This document shows positions 29,951 through 38,657 of a stretch of 64,000 nt of DNA, piece after piece; position 1 is the first letter of the stretch, and the number at the start of each line of letters is the position of its first letter. The notes beneath the pieces were generated by a model. The model did no database searches and was not told where the DNA came from. It worked only from the letters and a program-made list of their open reading frames with translations. The translations under genes and the position numbers were made by a program. The stretch comes from Nitrosopumilus sp. (GTDB lineage: Archaea; Thermoproteota; Nitrososphaeria; Nitrososphaerales; Nitrosopumilaceae), in NCBI GenBank assembly GCA_965204345.1, contig OZ241981.1, positions 1,856,001 through 1,920,000 of the forward strand, written 5' to 3'.

Positions 29951-30279
29951 AAAAGTCTCGTGATTGCCTTAAGAAAAGAATTTACAAAAATCGATTTTGA
30001 TTTTTTGGACTGGCTCTAGTTTCAGCAAAGCTGAAATCCACGATCAAATAATCATCATCAGGCATTTTGGGAAATCCAAGCAAGTACTATAAGAAAAAGA
30101 ATTTGAAAAACAAGTGACACAGAACGTCTTTTCTAAGTACTCATGCCGGATGAACTTGGACATGTCTAAAACTATCGGCAGGACACAATTTATGAAAATT
30201 CTACACTACACTCAAAAAAAAAACAAACGTATCGGCAGCTTCTCAAAAACGAAATCTGCATTTCTAGTTCCTTACAAGA

Positions 30280-30669
30280 GTTTCAATCTTTATAATTTTA
30301 GAATTCTATTCAAACAAGGGATGGATATGCCATTAGGATGAGTATGATAGAGTCTCAATCTTTATAATTTTAGAATTCTATTCAGTATGGAATAAATTGG
30401 ATGTAACAATGGATACAAAGTCTCAATCTTTATTATTTTAGAATTCTATTCAGACTTAGGTGTCCATGTTGCAGTAATATGTTACGAACGTTTCAATCTT
30501 TATTATTTTAGAATTCTATTCAGTTGAAAACTATGACATTAGCAAGGGTGGCATAGAAAACGTTTCAATCTTTATAATTTTAGAATTCCCCCACAGCATC
30601 AACTGTGTGACCATATGCAATGGCATAGAAAACGTTTCAATCTTTATAATTTTAGAATTCTATTCAGAG
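30280..30669 (-). CRISPR. CRISPR array, 6 repeats / 5 spacers
   Basis: Repeats start (+) at 30280, 30352, 30420, 30490, 30562, 30634. Core is GTTTCAATCTTTATAATTTTAGAATTCTATTCAG. The minus strand ends in the ATTGAAAC handle; leader and cas4 lie to the right. Confidence 0.97.
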
Positions 30670-30746
30670 CCTCACTTTTTCCTGCATTTGCATAATCAAG
30701 GACATATTTTAACTGTTTTTTCCTGCACGTGACAATTATCTGAAAA
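30670..30746 (-). promoter_or_regulatory. CRISPR leader with two TGCAGGAAAAA motifs
   Basis: Between the cas4 stop and the first repeat. TTTTTCCTGCA at 30676-30686 and 30717-30727. Confidence 0.7.
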
Positions 30747-31334
30747 TTATTGAGCGCTATTTAATGAGCCGACATCGCATACCTTGCGATAGCAGCAATC
30801 ATGGCACTTGCTGCCATAACTGGCATCAGGTATCAGGCCATCACCAATTACCTGCCGGGTCTGCTCTAGCATTTCCAAGGCAAACTTGCGCATCTTCTCA
30901 TCAATGTTTACCGTAACCTGCTTTCTGGTATTGTTGCTTGCATATATTAAAATCCCTACCTTTACGGGTTTGCCAAATGTCTCCTCTAAAGCAACTGCAA
31001 GCAATCCGAGCTGAACCCTTACTGTGTCATAAATTTTTACATATTTTGAGTACTTTCTCTCCACTATGATTATCTGGCTGTCAGTTATTATGGCGTGGTC
31101 TACAATGCCTACAAAGTCATGCTTTGATGAGTACATCTTGAGTGAAGTAACCTTTTTTCCGTCTAAATTTTTTGGAATATAGTCTCTGTTTATTGCCTCT
31201 GATGTCTTGTGATATTTTTTGCCAGCAGATACTGCCCCCCGTTTCTGCTCATACTGTGCAAGACCTGCAACTGTCTCAAAGTATGTAAATCTGTGACAAA
31301 AGACATATTCGACTACCATAGTTATATTGATCAT
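30747..31334 (-). CDS. cas4: CRISPR-associated Cas4
   Basis: YVFCHR, GIVD, VERK, C-terminal KCHDCCYRKVC Fe-S ligands; follows cas2. Confidence 0.93.
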   Translation of the reverse strand: MINITMVVEYVFCHRFTYFETVAGLAQYEQKRGAVSAGKKYHKTSEAINRDYIPKNLDGKKVTSLKMYSSKHDFVGIVDHAIITDSQIIIVERKYSKYVKIYDTVRVQLGLLAVALEETFGKPVKVGILIYASNNTRKQVTVNIDEKMRKFALEMLEQTRQVIGDGLIPDASYGSKCHDCCYRKVCDVGSLNSAQ

Positions 31335-31634
31335 TTAAAACACCATTGATGGCCTGTTGCCTGTTACATACTCTGCATCAAAGTCCCTTCCCAAGGTTAT
31401 GACCTTGCCAAAGCACTGGCTGCAGCTGGCAATTAGGTAAAAAGAGTCCTCCTCCTCGTTTATGACCGCCTTTATCTTCTCTAGCAGATCTGTTTTTTGC
31501 TGGTTGTTCATAATGCCACAAAAAACACTCTTTTGGATTCTGGTAAATCCCGCATCCTTTAAGATTTGGATGGTTGATTGGCGGGTGCTATCATCTACAA
31601 TATCGTATATTGCATAGTAAATCATCCTGCTCAT
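31335..31634 (-). CDS. cas2: CRISPR-associated Cas2
   Basis: YAIYDIVDD, GFTRIQKSVFCG, DSFYL; ATGA overlap with the cas1 stop. Confidence 0.95.
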   Translation of the reverse strand: MSRMIYYAIYDIVDDSTRQSTIQILKDAGFTRIQKSVFCGIMNNQQKTDLLEKIKAVINEEEDSFYLIASCSQCFGKVITLGRDFDAEYVTGNRPSMVF

Positions 31635-32701
31635 GATGCTGCTGCCCTGTCCAGTCTTAGCAAGTCTGCTGTCATATCCTTGCAGTACTTCCACACTGTC
31701 TTTTCCACTATTTTTTGGCAGTCTTGCTTATAGGATGAGATCAGACTGGTCCTGCCAGTCTTGCTTAGTTGCATGGATGCAGTTACTGTCAAATCTTTTG
31801 AAAACCACCCATCATTTACAATTTTTCTATTAAACAGTGATAGCAATACCCTGTCAATTACCGGTCTGCACGGCTCTATCAGGTCATAGGCAAGTGTCGG
31901 TTTGCCATAATGGTCCTTGTGATAGAATCCTGAATTGGGATCCAGTCCGCAGAGAATTATCACCTTCTCCACACTAGAGTATGTCAGGCCATACATGTAG
32001 TTTAGTGCCACGTTGAATTCATCGAGTCCCGGATTCTGCGTTCTTTTTTTAAACTGCCATTTCTTGGCAAGGCATGCAGATATCATCTGAAAGTATAATG
32101 TGGCACAGCTGCCTTCATGCCCTAGAAACTGCTGTGCGTAGTGCTTTTGGTACGGTTTTATTTTTATGACAATTATAGATGAAGATTATATGAGGTCTTA
32201 TTGTAGTGCGTAGTGCTTTTGGTACGGTTTTATTTTTATGACAGTCTCTGTGTCTGCAATAAACGATGCTGCATCGTGCAGCTTTGTTCTTAGCTGCTCT
32301 TGCTTTCTGTTTTGCCTTAAGGTTGTGAGGACCTGCCTCTGCTTTGATAGTTTTTCTGATAACAGCTTTTTTGTTAGACTGAATGCAAATTTTGTATCTG
32401 CATTTAGGTACTGTTGCCGCCTTATCTGAGTCTGGCGTCCAAGTGCACTTGACCAGATGCGTGCCAAGGGCTTGCCGGACCAGGATGTAATTACTAGCTG
32501 TATCTGCCTTTCTATGCACAGTCTGATTGCAGACGTGCTGATCATTGCATTTGAGCTGACCAGTATCGTGTCTGTCTTTTTAGCTGGAATTTCCGCGTCC
32601 TTTTGGTCCGGTGTTTTTATTACAAATCGCTCACGCCTTCTGTGTATGCTAGAGCCATGCGTGGTCAGTTCAATTATCATTTGTCTTGATCTTTGAGACA
32701 C
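31631..32701 (-). pseudogene. cas1: Cas1 interrupted by a 72-bp in-frame insertion carrying stop codons
   Basis: Both halves are in the same frame. Removing 72 bp gives a 332-aa Cas1 with LGHEGSCATLYF, NVALNYMY, GLDPNSGFYH and LAYDLIEPCR intact. Confidence 0.95.
32134..32243. repeat. 38-bp direct duplication flanking 34 unique bp (repeat-spacer-repeat geometry) inside cas1
   Basis: GTGCGTAGTGCTTTTGGTACGGTTTTATTTTTATGACA at 32134-32171 and 32206-32243; insert ATTATAGATGAAGATTATATGAGGTCTTATTGTA. Confidence 0.97.
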
Positions 32702-33110
32702 TTTGATATATCTTGATCATTTAATAATTTTAGAAATGACTGCTATGTGGCGTGACAAGCTATTTAGCTGATGGACTTTTTTTTACAAAAAAAAAAGCCA
32801 AAGCACAATGTGCAATCTAGCTAATCAGGTTCTTTTGAAGGAGATGAGAAATATGATATCTCAGCCAAATATATGAAATAACCATTATTCACAAAATGAT
32901 TTTTGGTGGTTAATGGCACAATGATGCCATCTGACATCGTCCATACTTGTTGGGTTTGATGGCATTTTAAAATAAACCCCAAAAAATACGTATAATCTGA
33001 TGATTTTAGTCATTAAATGGATAAAAAACCGCGCGATTATTGTTAAAATGCATGATAATAGTCGGTTTTATTCAAAATATAAATAAACAATGCAATATTA
33101 ACTCAAAGCA

Positions 33111-34181
33111 ATGGCAACAAAAAGCAAGGCAACAAAAAAAGATCTAGAGACAAAAATTGCTGAATTGGAGGCAAAGTTAAGCAAATTATCAACACAACTT
33201 AAAGCCAAACCAAAACCTGCTGAAACCAAACCTGCTGAAACCAAACCTGCTGAAACCAAACCTGCTGAAACCAAACCAGGTAAAGCAAAGCCGGCAGAAG
33301 CCAAACCCGCTGAAAGACCTGCTGCTGCAACAACCAAGCCAAAGGGCACACTGCCCAAAGGATTTGAAGCAAAGCCGGCAGAAGCCAAACCGGCAGAAGC
33401 CAAACCGGCAGAAGCCAAACCCGCTGAAAGACCTGCTGCTGCAACAACCAAGCCAAAGGGCACACTACCCAAAGGATTTGAAGCAAAGCCAGCAGATGTC
33501 CCAAAGCCGGCTGAAACAACAACGTCACAGCCACCTGCAACTGTGCAAGAAGCACTAGAGAATGCATACATGACTGCCCCGACATCTGACTTTCATCAGT
33601 ACAGAGCCAAAGTCACAGGTTACTCACCAGCTCCCAACAGATACTTTGTGAGACTGACTGCTCCTGTGGGAAAGGTTCCAACCACAAATTGGAATCTCCA
33701 AAAATCTAAAGTGACCGGCTATACTGCATGCTCAAACCAGTACTATGCAACAAGGGCAAGACTTGCATATCATCCTGCCGATAAAACATTTGGAAGTTTT
33801 AGCGGGATCAACATGAGCGTTGAGGGAATCAAGGCACAGCAAGCTCCTCCGACACCAGAGCCACCAAAGCCTGCAAAGGGAAAGCTCCCAAAAGGCATGG
33901 AACAGGCACAGCAAACTCCACCACCACAGCAACAACAGCAGTCCGCATATGGCGGTGATGCAAAGTCTAGAGAAGAAAAACTCGCAGACTATGAGGCAGA
34001 ATACTTGCAAAGAATAGAACAGCAAAAAATAGATGATGAGAAGGCCTACCAAGAACTGCTTGAATCCGAAGCAAAGGCTAGGCAAACAGCTAGTAGGGGT
34101 ACTTTGCCAAAAGGCTTTGAACCAAAACCAGAACCCAAGACACCAAAAGAGTCTAGGGGAACACTGCCAAAAGGTTTCTAA
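33111..34181 (+). CDS. Pro/Lys/Ala-rich low-complexity protein, paralogue B (longer C-terminus)
   Basis: Same core as 25127-25933; 15-bp KPAET/KPAEA repeats; extra acidic helix. Confidence 0.85.
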   Translation: MATKSKATKKDLETKIAELEAKLSKLSTQLKAKPKPAETKPAETKPAETKPAETKPGKAKPAEAKPAERPAAATTKPKGTLPKGFEAKPAEAKPAEAKPAEAKPAERPAAATTKPKGTLPKGFEAKPADVPKPAETTTSQPPATVQEALENAYMTAPTSDFHQYRAKVTGYSPAPNRYFVRLTAPVGKVPTTNWNLQKSKVTGYTACSNQYYATRARLAYHPADKTFGSFSGINMSVEGIKAQQAPPTPEPPKPAKGKLPKGMEQAQQTPPPQQQQQSAYGGDAKSREEKLADYEAEYLQRIEQQKIDDEKAYQELLESEAKARQTASRGTLPKGFEPKPEPKTPKESRGTLPKGF

Positions 34182-34209
34182 TCTATTTGCAATCTCTTCC
34201 TACTTATTT

Positions 34210-34674
34210 TTATTTCAAGCTTAGAAACTCTTCTAGCACTTCCTTGGAATGTCCTGCAGGCTTTACCTTGGGATATATCTTGAAAATCCTTCCCTCTTCG
34301 TTTACAAGAAATGTGCTTCTCATGACTCCCATGTATTCTCTGCCCATGAATTTCTTCTTGCCCCATACCCCAAACAGATTTGATATCTCCTTCTTGACAT
34401 CTGCCAGCAATGGATATTTGATTCCCATCTTGTCGCAGAACTTTCTATGGGATTTGACATCATCAGGACTGACCCCTATGATCTCAATTCCTTCCTCTTG
34501 GAATTTTTCATAGTCCCTGGAAAACTCGTCTGCCTCTGTGGTACATCCTGGGGTAAAGTCCTTTGGATAAAAGTAGATTGCATGTCTTTTGCCTTTAAAA
34601 TCATCTGATCTTACAATGTCTCCGTTTGCGTCGCTTGCTGCAAATTTTGGCACAGAATCGCCTTTAGAAACCAT
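34210..34674 (-). CDS. bcp: Peroxiredoxin BCP/PrxQ
   Basis: YFYPKDFTPGCTTEA, RSTF. Confidence 0.95.
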   Translation of the reverse strand: MVSKGDSVPKFAASDANGDIVRSDDFKGKRHAIYFYPKDFTPGCTTEADEFSRDYEKFQEEGIEIIGVSPDDVKSHRKFCDKMGIKYPLLADVKKEISNLFGVWGKKKFMGREYMGVMRSTFLVNEEGRIFKIYPKVKPAGHSKEVLEEFLSLK

Positions 34675-34774
34675 GCATTCTCAAAGAATCAGTCCGTAAT
34701 TAATTGCTTTTTAGATCAGCTTATCAAAAAATAAAGCCGAATGTTTTATATGGATACTGACAAGGCTTTGCTTA

Positions 34775-35488
34775 ATGGTCAATCCAAGGGCATATCTTGC
34801 AGAGGCAATTGCAACTTATGGACTGGTGTTCTTTGGCCCTCTTTCAGTAATTTTGGCAGTATCTGCATTTGGCGAGGAACTAACCACCCAGTCAGTACTG
34901 TTTATCTCCCTTGGACACGGCGGTGCCATTGCCCTGATGGTCTATGCGTTTGGGCATGTCTCTGGCGCCCACATTAATCCTGCCGTCACCATTCCAATGA
35001 TGATTACAAGAAAAATTGGAATCGCAGACGGGGTCGGATACATTGTCTCGCAGCTAATCGGTGCTGTGGCAGCAGCTGCAACACTTATGGTCATGCTGCC
35101 TGAACTTGGCTCCAAGGTCAACTTTGCAACCCAGGGCGGTCCAAGCGACCTTATCAATAACAGCATTGGTTCTGGATTTGCAATTGAGGCGATCCTGACA
35201 TTCTTCTTAGTTACTGTAATCTTTATGACTGCCGTTCACAAAAAGGCATCTCCCGGGCTGCACGGGCTGTCTATTGGCGGGATGGTCTTCCTAATTCACC
35301 TGATTGCCGTGCCCCTGACTGGCGCCTCTGTAAATCCTGCAAGGACATTTGGTCCTGCCTTGATCTCCGGATTTTGGGAGTTCCACTGGCTGTACTGGGC
35401 AGCACCAATTTTGGGTGGGGTTATTGCAGGGCTGATAATGAATTACGTGTATACAAAACCTGCAGAAGAAGAAAAAGAAGAGGCATAA
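34775..35488 (+). CDS. Aquaporin (MIP family)
   Basis: SGAHINPAVT and TGASVNPARTFGP; six TM segments. Confidence 0.96.
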   Translation: MVNPRAYLAEAIATYGLVFFGPLSVILAVSAFGEELTTQSVLFISLGHGGAIALMVYAFGHVSGAHINPAVTIPMMITRKIGIADGVGYIVSQLIGAVAAAATLMVMLPELGSKVNFATQGGPSDLINNSIGSGFAIEAILTFFLVTVIFMTAVHKKASPGLHGLSIGGMVFLIHLIAVPLTGASVNPARTFGPALISGFWEFHWLYWAAPILGGVIAGLIMNYVYTKPAEEEKEEA

Positions 35489-35528
35489 CCATAATGTTCT
35501 TTAAAAGTCCAAACCCTGGCTTTCTTGT

Positions 35529-35978
35529 ATGACTTTGTCATCATCATCATCATCAACTGACATCTTTGAAATGTTTGAAAATGAGTCTCAAAAGCTCAAA
35601 GACTTGATTAGTTCTACAGATGTGAGTTCTGGGCTGAGCATCTCTGAGATTGTTGAGACCTACCATAAGGTCATCAGTGTCTCATCTATTATTTCGGTGA
35701 TAAAACAGCAGCAGCATCCCAGCTCTGAGCAGCTCTTAGAGAAAATTCAGAAAACTCAGGCAATGATATCTGAAAAATTTGACTCTTGCATGCACCCTGA
35801 AATTTTGAAGCATCTGTCTGATTCAGTCAAAAGGGCTACTTGGGACCTGCAATCTGAAAATTCTGCTGAAAAATCAGTGGAGCAAACCCGGCAAGATGCA
35901 AAATTATTTGAGGAGCTGCGAGAGATTATGAGCACCCTGGAATTTGCCAAGCAGTATGATCGTGGACTGGCCAAATGA
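35529..35978 (+). CDS. Hypothetical helical protein
   Basis: 149-aa ORF; ATGA overlap with the next gene. Confidence 0.7.
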   Translation: MTLSSSSSSTDIFEMFENESQKLKDLISSTDVSSGLSISEIVETYHKVISVSSIISVIKQQQHPSSEQLLEKIQKTQAMISEKFDSCMHPEILKHLSDSVKRATWDLQSENSAEKSVEQTRQDAKLFEELREIMSTLEFAKQYDRGLAK

Positions 35979-36820
35979 TTCGGGAACTTGGAAAAAATTT
36001 AGTTGCCTTAAAAAAAGAATTTGCCAAGAAAGAAGAAGAAGAAGAAAAACCAGGTGACGGCAAAAGCCAGATTCAGGAGGTCATTCCAAAATCAAAATCC
36101 GAACTGTTTCCCATTGAGGATTCTCATCTGAAGCTGCTGCATAAATTTGCACAAGAAAATCCCATCTACTACAACTCCTTTGAGAGAATCATAGGTACCG
36201 TCAAGTGTACCGTATATGAGGGAGACATTAACAGATACTGGCTAAACAGTATCCAGCACGGCTCAAGCAAGGCCCCCTTTTCCCCTACCTGGATGATGTC
36301 CGGATATGTCTGCACGCTGCTTGCAAAGGAGCTTGGCTATTCTGAAATAATTGATGTCGGTTCAGGTGATGGACGCATTGCATTTTGCGCAAAAATTCTT
36401 GGCATGGATTCATCTAGCATCGAAATTGATCAAACGCTGGTGGAATTACAAAACCATTTGATCCCAATTTTGGATTTTAACCCGTACTGTTCTGATGCTG
36501 TCTCCTTTGAGTATTCTTCCCTGAATTTAACACGCCCGATTTTTTTTATTGGCGGCCTGGCCCAGATGGGCGGCACCTCTCTTGCCTCTGGTGTGCTAGA
36601 TAAAATAAAATCTATCTCTCATCTGAAAAACAAGTCTGGTTGGGCTTTTGCTGGAACCCTCTCAAAAAAATACTCCGTTGATCCTAAAAACGAGGCAGGC
36701 TGGGGCACCTTGTTATATGAGAACAATCTCAAGTGCGTCCAAAACATTCAGCTGCCTACTGCTTGGACATTTCGTGAGTCCGATGAGACCCCCTACATTT
36801 TTGCCGAACCGTCACAATAG
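35975..36820 (+). CDS. SAM-dependent methyltransferase-like protein
   Basis: IIDVGSGDGRI motif I followed by SIEID. Confidence 0.75.
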   Translation: MIRELGKNLVALKKEFAKKEEEEEKPGDGKSQIQEVIPKSKSELFPIEDSHLKLLHKFAQENPIYYNSFERIIGTVKCTVYEGDINRYWLNSIQHGSSKAPFSPTWMMSGYVCTLLAKELGYSEIIDVGSGDGRIAFCAKILGMDSSSIEIDQTLVELQNHLIPILDFNPYCSDAVSFEYSSLNLTRPIFFIGGLAQMGGTSLASGVLDKIKSISHLKNKSGWAFAGTLSKKYSVDPKNEAGWGTLLYENNLKCVQNIQLPTAWTFRESDETPYIFAEPSQ

Positions 36821-36855
36821 CAATCCAAATTAAGCCTAAATCTGCAAAACTTTTC

Positions 36856-36930
36856 GGACTCGTTGCATAGCTTGGATAGTGCGAACGCTTGCGGAGCGTT
36901 AGGTCACCGGTTCGAATCCGGTCGGGTCCG
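36856..36930 (+). tRNA. tRNA-Arg(GCG)
   Basis: Acceptor GGACTCG/CGGGTCC; anticodon arm AACGC-TTGCGGA-GCGTT; T arm ACCGG-TTCGAAT-CCGGT. No intron; CCA not encoded. Confidence 0.97.
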
Positions 36931-37079
36931 TATACCATCCTCCTAAAAACTAAACATTTTACCTATGAGATCAGTTACAGTCAGCAAGTCGTCATAGTGC
37001 AGATACGGACACTCAAGGATATACAAGGAACATGTCATCTGCAGGCAATAGAATATAAGCAAATTATTCAAAGCAGTCA

Positions 37080-38183
37080 TTGTTGTCAGCCAGCAAAGAA
37101 GTCAGGTGCATTACCATAAGTGACGGAAAACTGCGAATTGAGAACTGGGTTACAGATGATCCTGACATTGTAGGTTTTTTTCAGGACTTTGACGAATCTG
37201 ACAATCTTGAGGAAAGATTGACATCCTTGGTAAAGACTGGAATCAGTGTAGCCAAATCAGCAAAAACCCAAGACAACATAGATTATGTAGAGGCTGCATT
37301 TGAGAATCTCAATTCCAGATTTGATAAACGGATGAAAGACATCTTTGGGGATGACGGGGACTTTGCCAGCCTGATAAAGGATCACTTTGGCCAAGACGGT
37401 CGGATCATCAAGGAAGTGTTCAGTCCAAGCCGAGAGGAAAGTCCCCTGTACGTTCTAAAACAGGAACTGGGTGCAAGCCTCTCAGAAATTATGAATCAGC
37501 TGGCAGCCAACAAGGGAGCTGCCATAGAACGGGAAAAGGGAACGCAAAAAGGGTTTGACTTTGAGGATAGGTGCAGCAGACAACTTGAGATGATTGCCAG
37601 AACACACTCAGACAAGCTGGAGAAAACTGGAACTCTGTCCGGCAAATTGGGCAACTCAAAGAAAGGCGACTTTGTAATCACTCTTGGTGATACTGGGCAG
37701 GTGATAGTTTTTGAGGTCAAGGACAACAGGTCAGTCAGCCAAAATGCTATACAAAAAGAGATGTCTGAGGCCATGAAGAACAGAAATGCTGACTATGGAA
37801 TATTCATAATGAGAAAACGGTCAATGCTGCCAGATGCAGTGGGATGGTTCAACGAGTATGACGGAAATCATCTGATCTGTGCAGTCGAGGATGACGATGG
37901 AGTGATACTAGACCATGAGATAATTGAGATTGCATACAAGTGGGCAAGGGCCAGACTGCGTCTGACTGACATGGACGGTACAAAGTCAGACATATCATTT
38001 ATGCTCGAAAAGTCAAATGAGATCAAATTAAAGATAGCAGAGATGAAGCAGATAAGGCGCCAATGCACTATCATCGAAAATGCATCAGGTGAGATAAGGC
38101 ACACTGCCACTAGTGCAGAGAATGGGATCAAAAGTGATCTTGAAGAGATTATACAGTCTCTCTCAAAACAGCGCTCCTGCTAG
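37080..38183 (+). CDS. Coiled-coil protein with PD-(D/E)xK nuclease-like domain (RmuC/DUF2130-like)
   Basis: KGFDFED...KKGDFVI...IVFEVKD, flanked by helical regions. Start uncertain. Confidence 0.65.
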   Translation: MLSASKEVRCITISDGKLRIENWVTDDPDIVGFFQDFDESDNLEERLTSLVKTGISVAKSAKTQDNIDYVEAAFENLNSRFDKRMKDIFGDDGDFASLIKDHFGQDGRIIKEVFSPSREESPLYVLKQELGASLSEIMNQLAANKGAAIEREKGTQKGFDFEDRCSRQLEMIARTHSDKLEKTGTLSGKLGNSKKGDFVITLGDTGQVIVFEVKDNRSVSQNAIQKEMSEAMKNRNADYGIFIMRKRSMLPDAVGWFNEYDGNHLICAVEDDDGVILDHEIIEIAYKWARARLRLTDMDGTKSDISFMLEKSNEIKLKIAEMKQIRRQCTIIENASGEIRHTATSAENGIKSDLEEIIQSLSKQRSC

Positions 38184-38657
38184 CCTGCTCATAAGATCCA
38201 AAATAGCCGTCACCAGAAAGAATACTTGTTAAACAAGACGATAATTTTTGGGCGTTATGTCTAATGTACATCCTTTTAATACTCAGATGAAGACCTTCTT
38301 CCAATAGATCAACAATATGGGCAGGCAATTTCTGGCAAAAACGTCATGATTGGCGGCTTTTAATGGTATATTTCCAAGTATTGCATAATCATGCATCTTC
38401 TAAGCAAGGCATGCCTTCTGATGTGAATTTTTAGCATCCAAACAACCCAAAGATATTCCATATGCAGAAAATACGGATGGGCATATGTGGCTGTACAATC
38501 TGCAAAAATCTGTCAAATCCGAGAATTTGTAATCATTAAATACTCTTAATTTTTTTACAATGTGTTAATAGATGCTAATTATGATCTTGCTGTTAAATGG
38601 GGGGAGGGTTAACTGAGATATCCTTACTGTTCTAGGCATTGGCTCCTCCTGCTGGTT

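Larger units (their letters stand above)
26193..33110. mobile_element. Accessory island: tyrosine recombinase plus remnant CRISPR-Cas locus (boundaries approximate)
   Basis: Integrase, pseudogenes and AT-rich cargo lie between two paralogous genes. No att sites identified. Confidence 0.6.

Noticed and set aside
30114-30341. 75-aa ORF running into the CRISPR array
   Set aside because: Reads through a repeat and spacer; no recognisable motifs.
32115-32519. 134-aa alternative-frame ORF inside cas1
   Set aside because: Overlaps cas1 out of frame; its internal duplication just mirrors the 72-bp insertion.
32712-32740. Repeat-like ATAATTTTAGAA upstream of cas1
   Set aside because: Only a 12-nt AT-rich match, at the position expected for the cas1 TATA box; no handle and no partner repeat.
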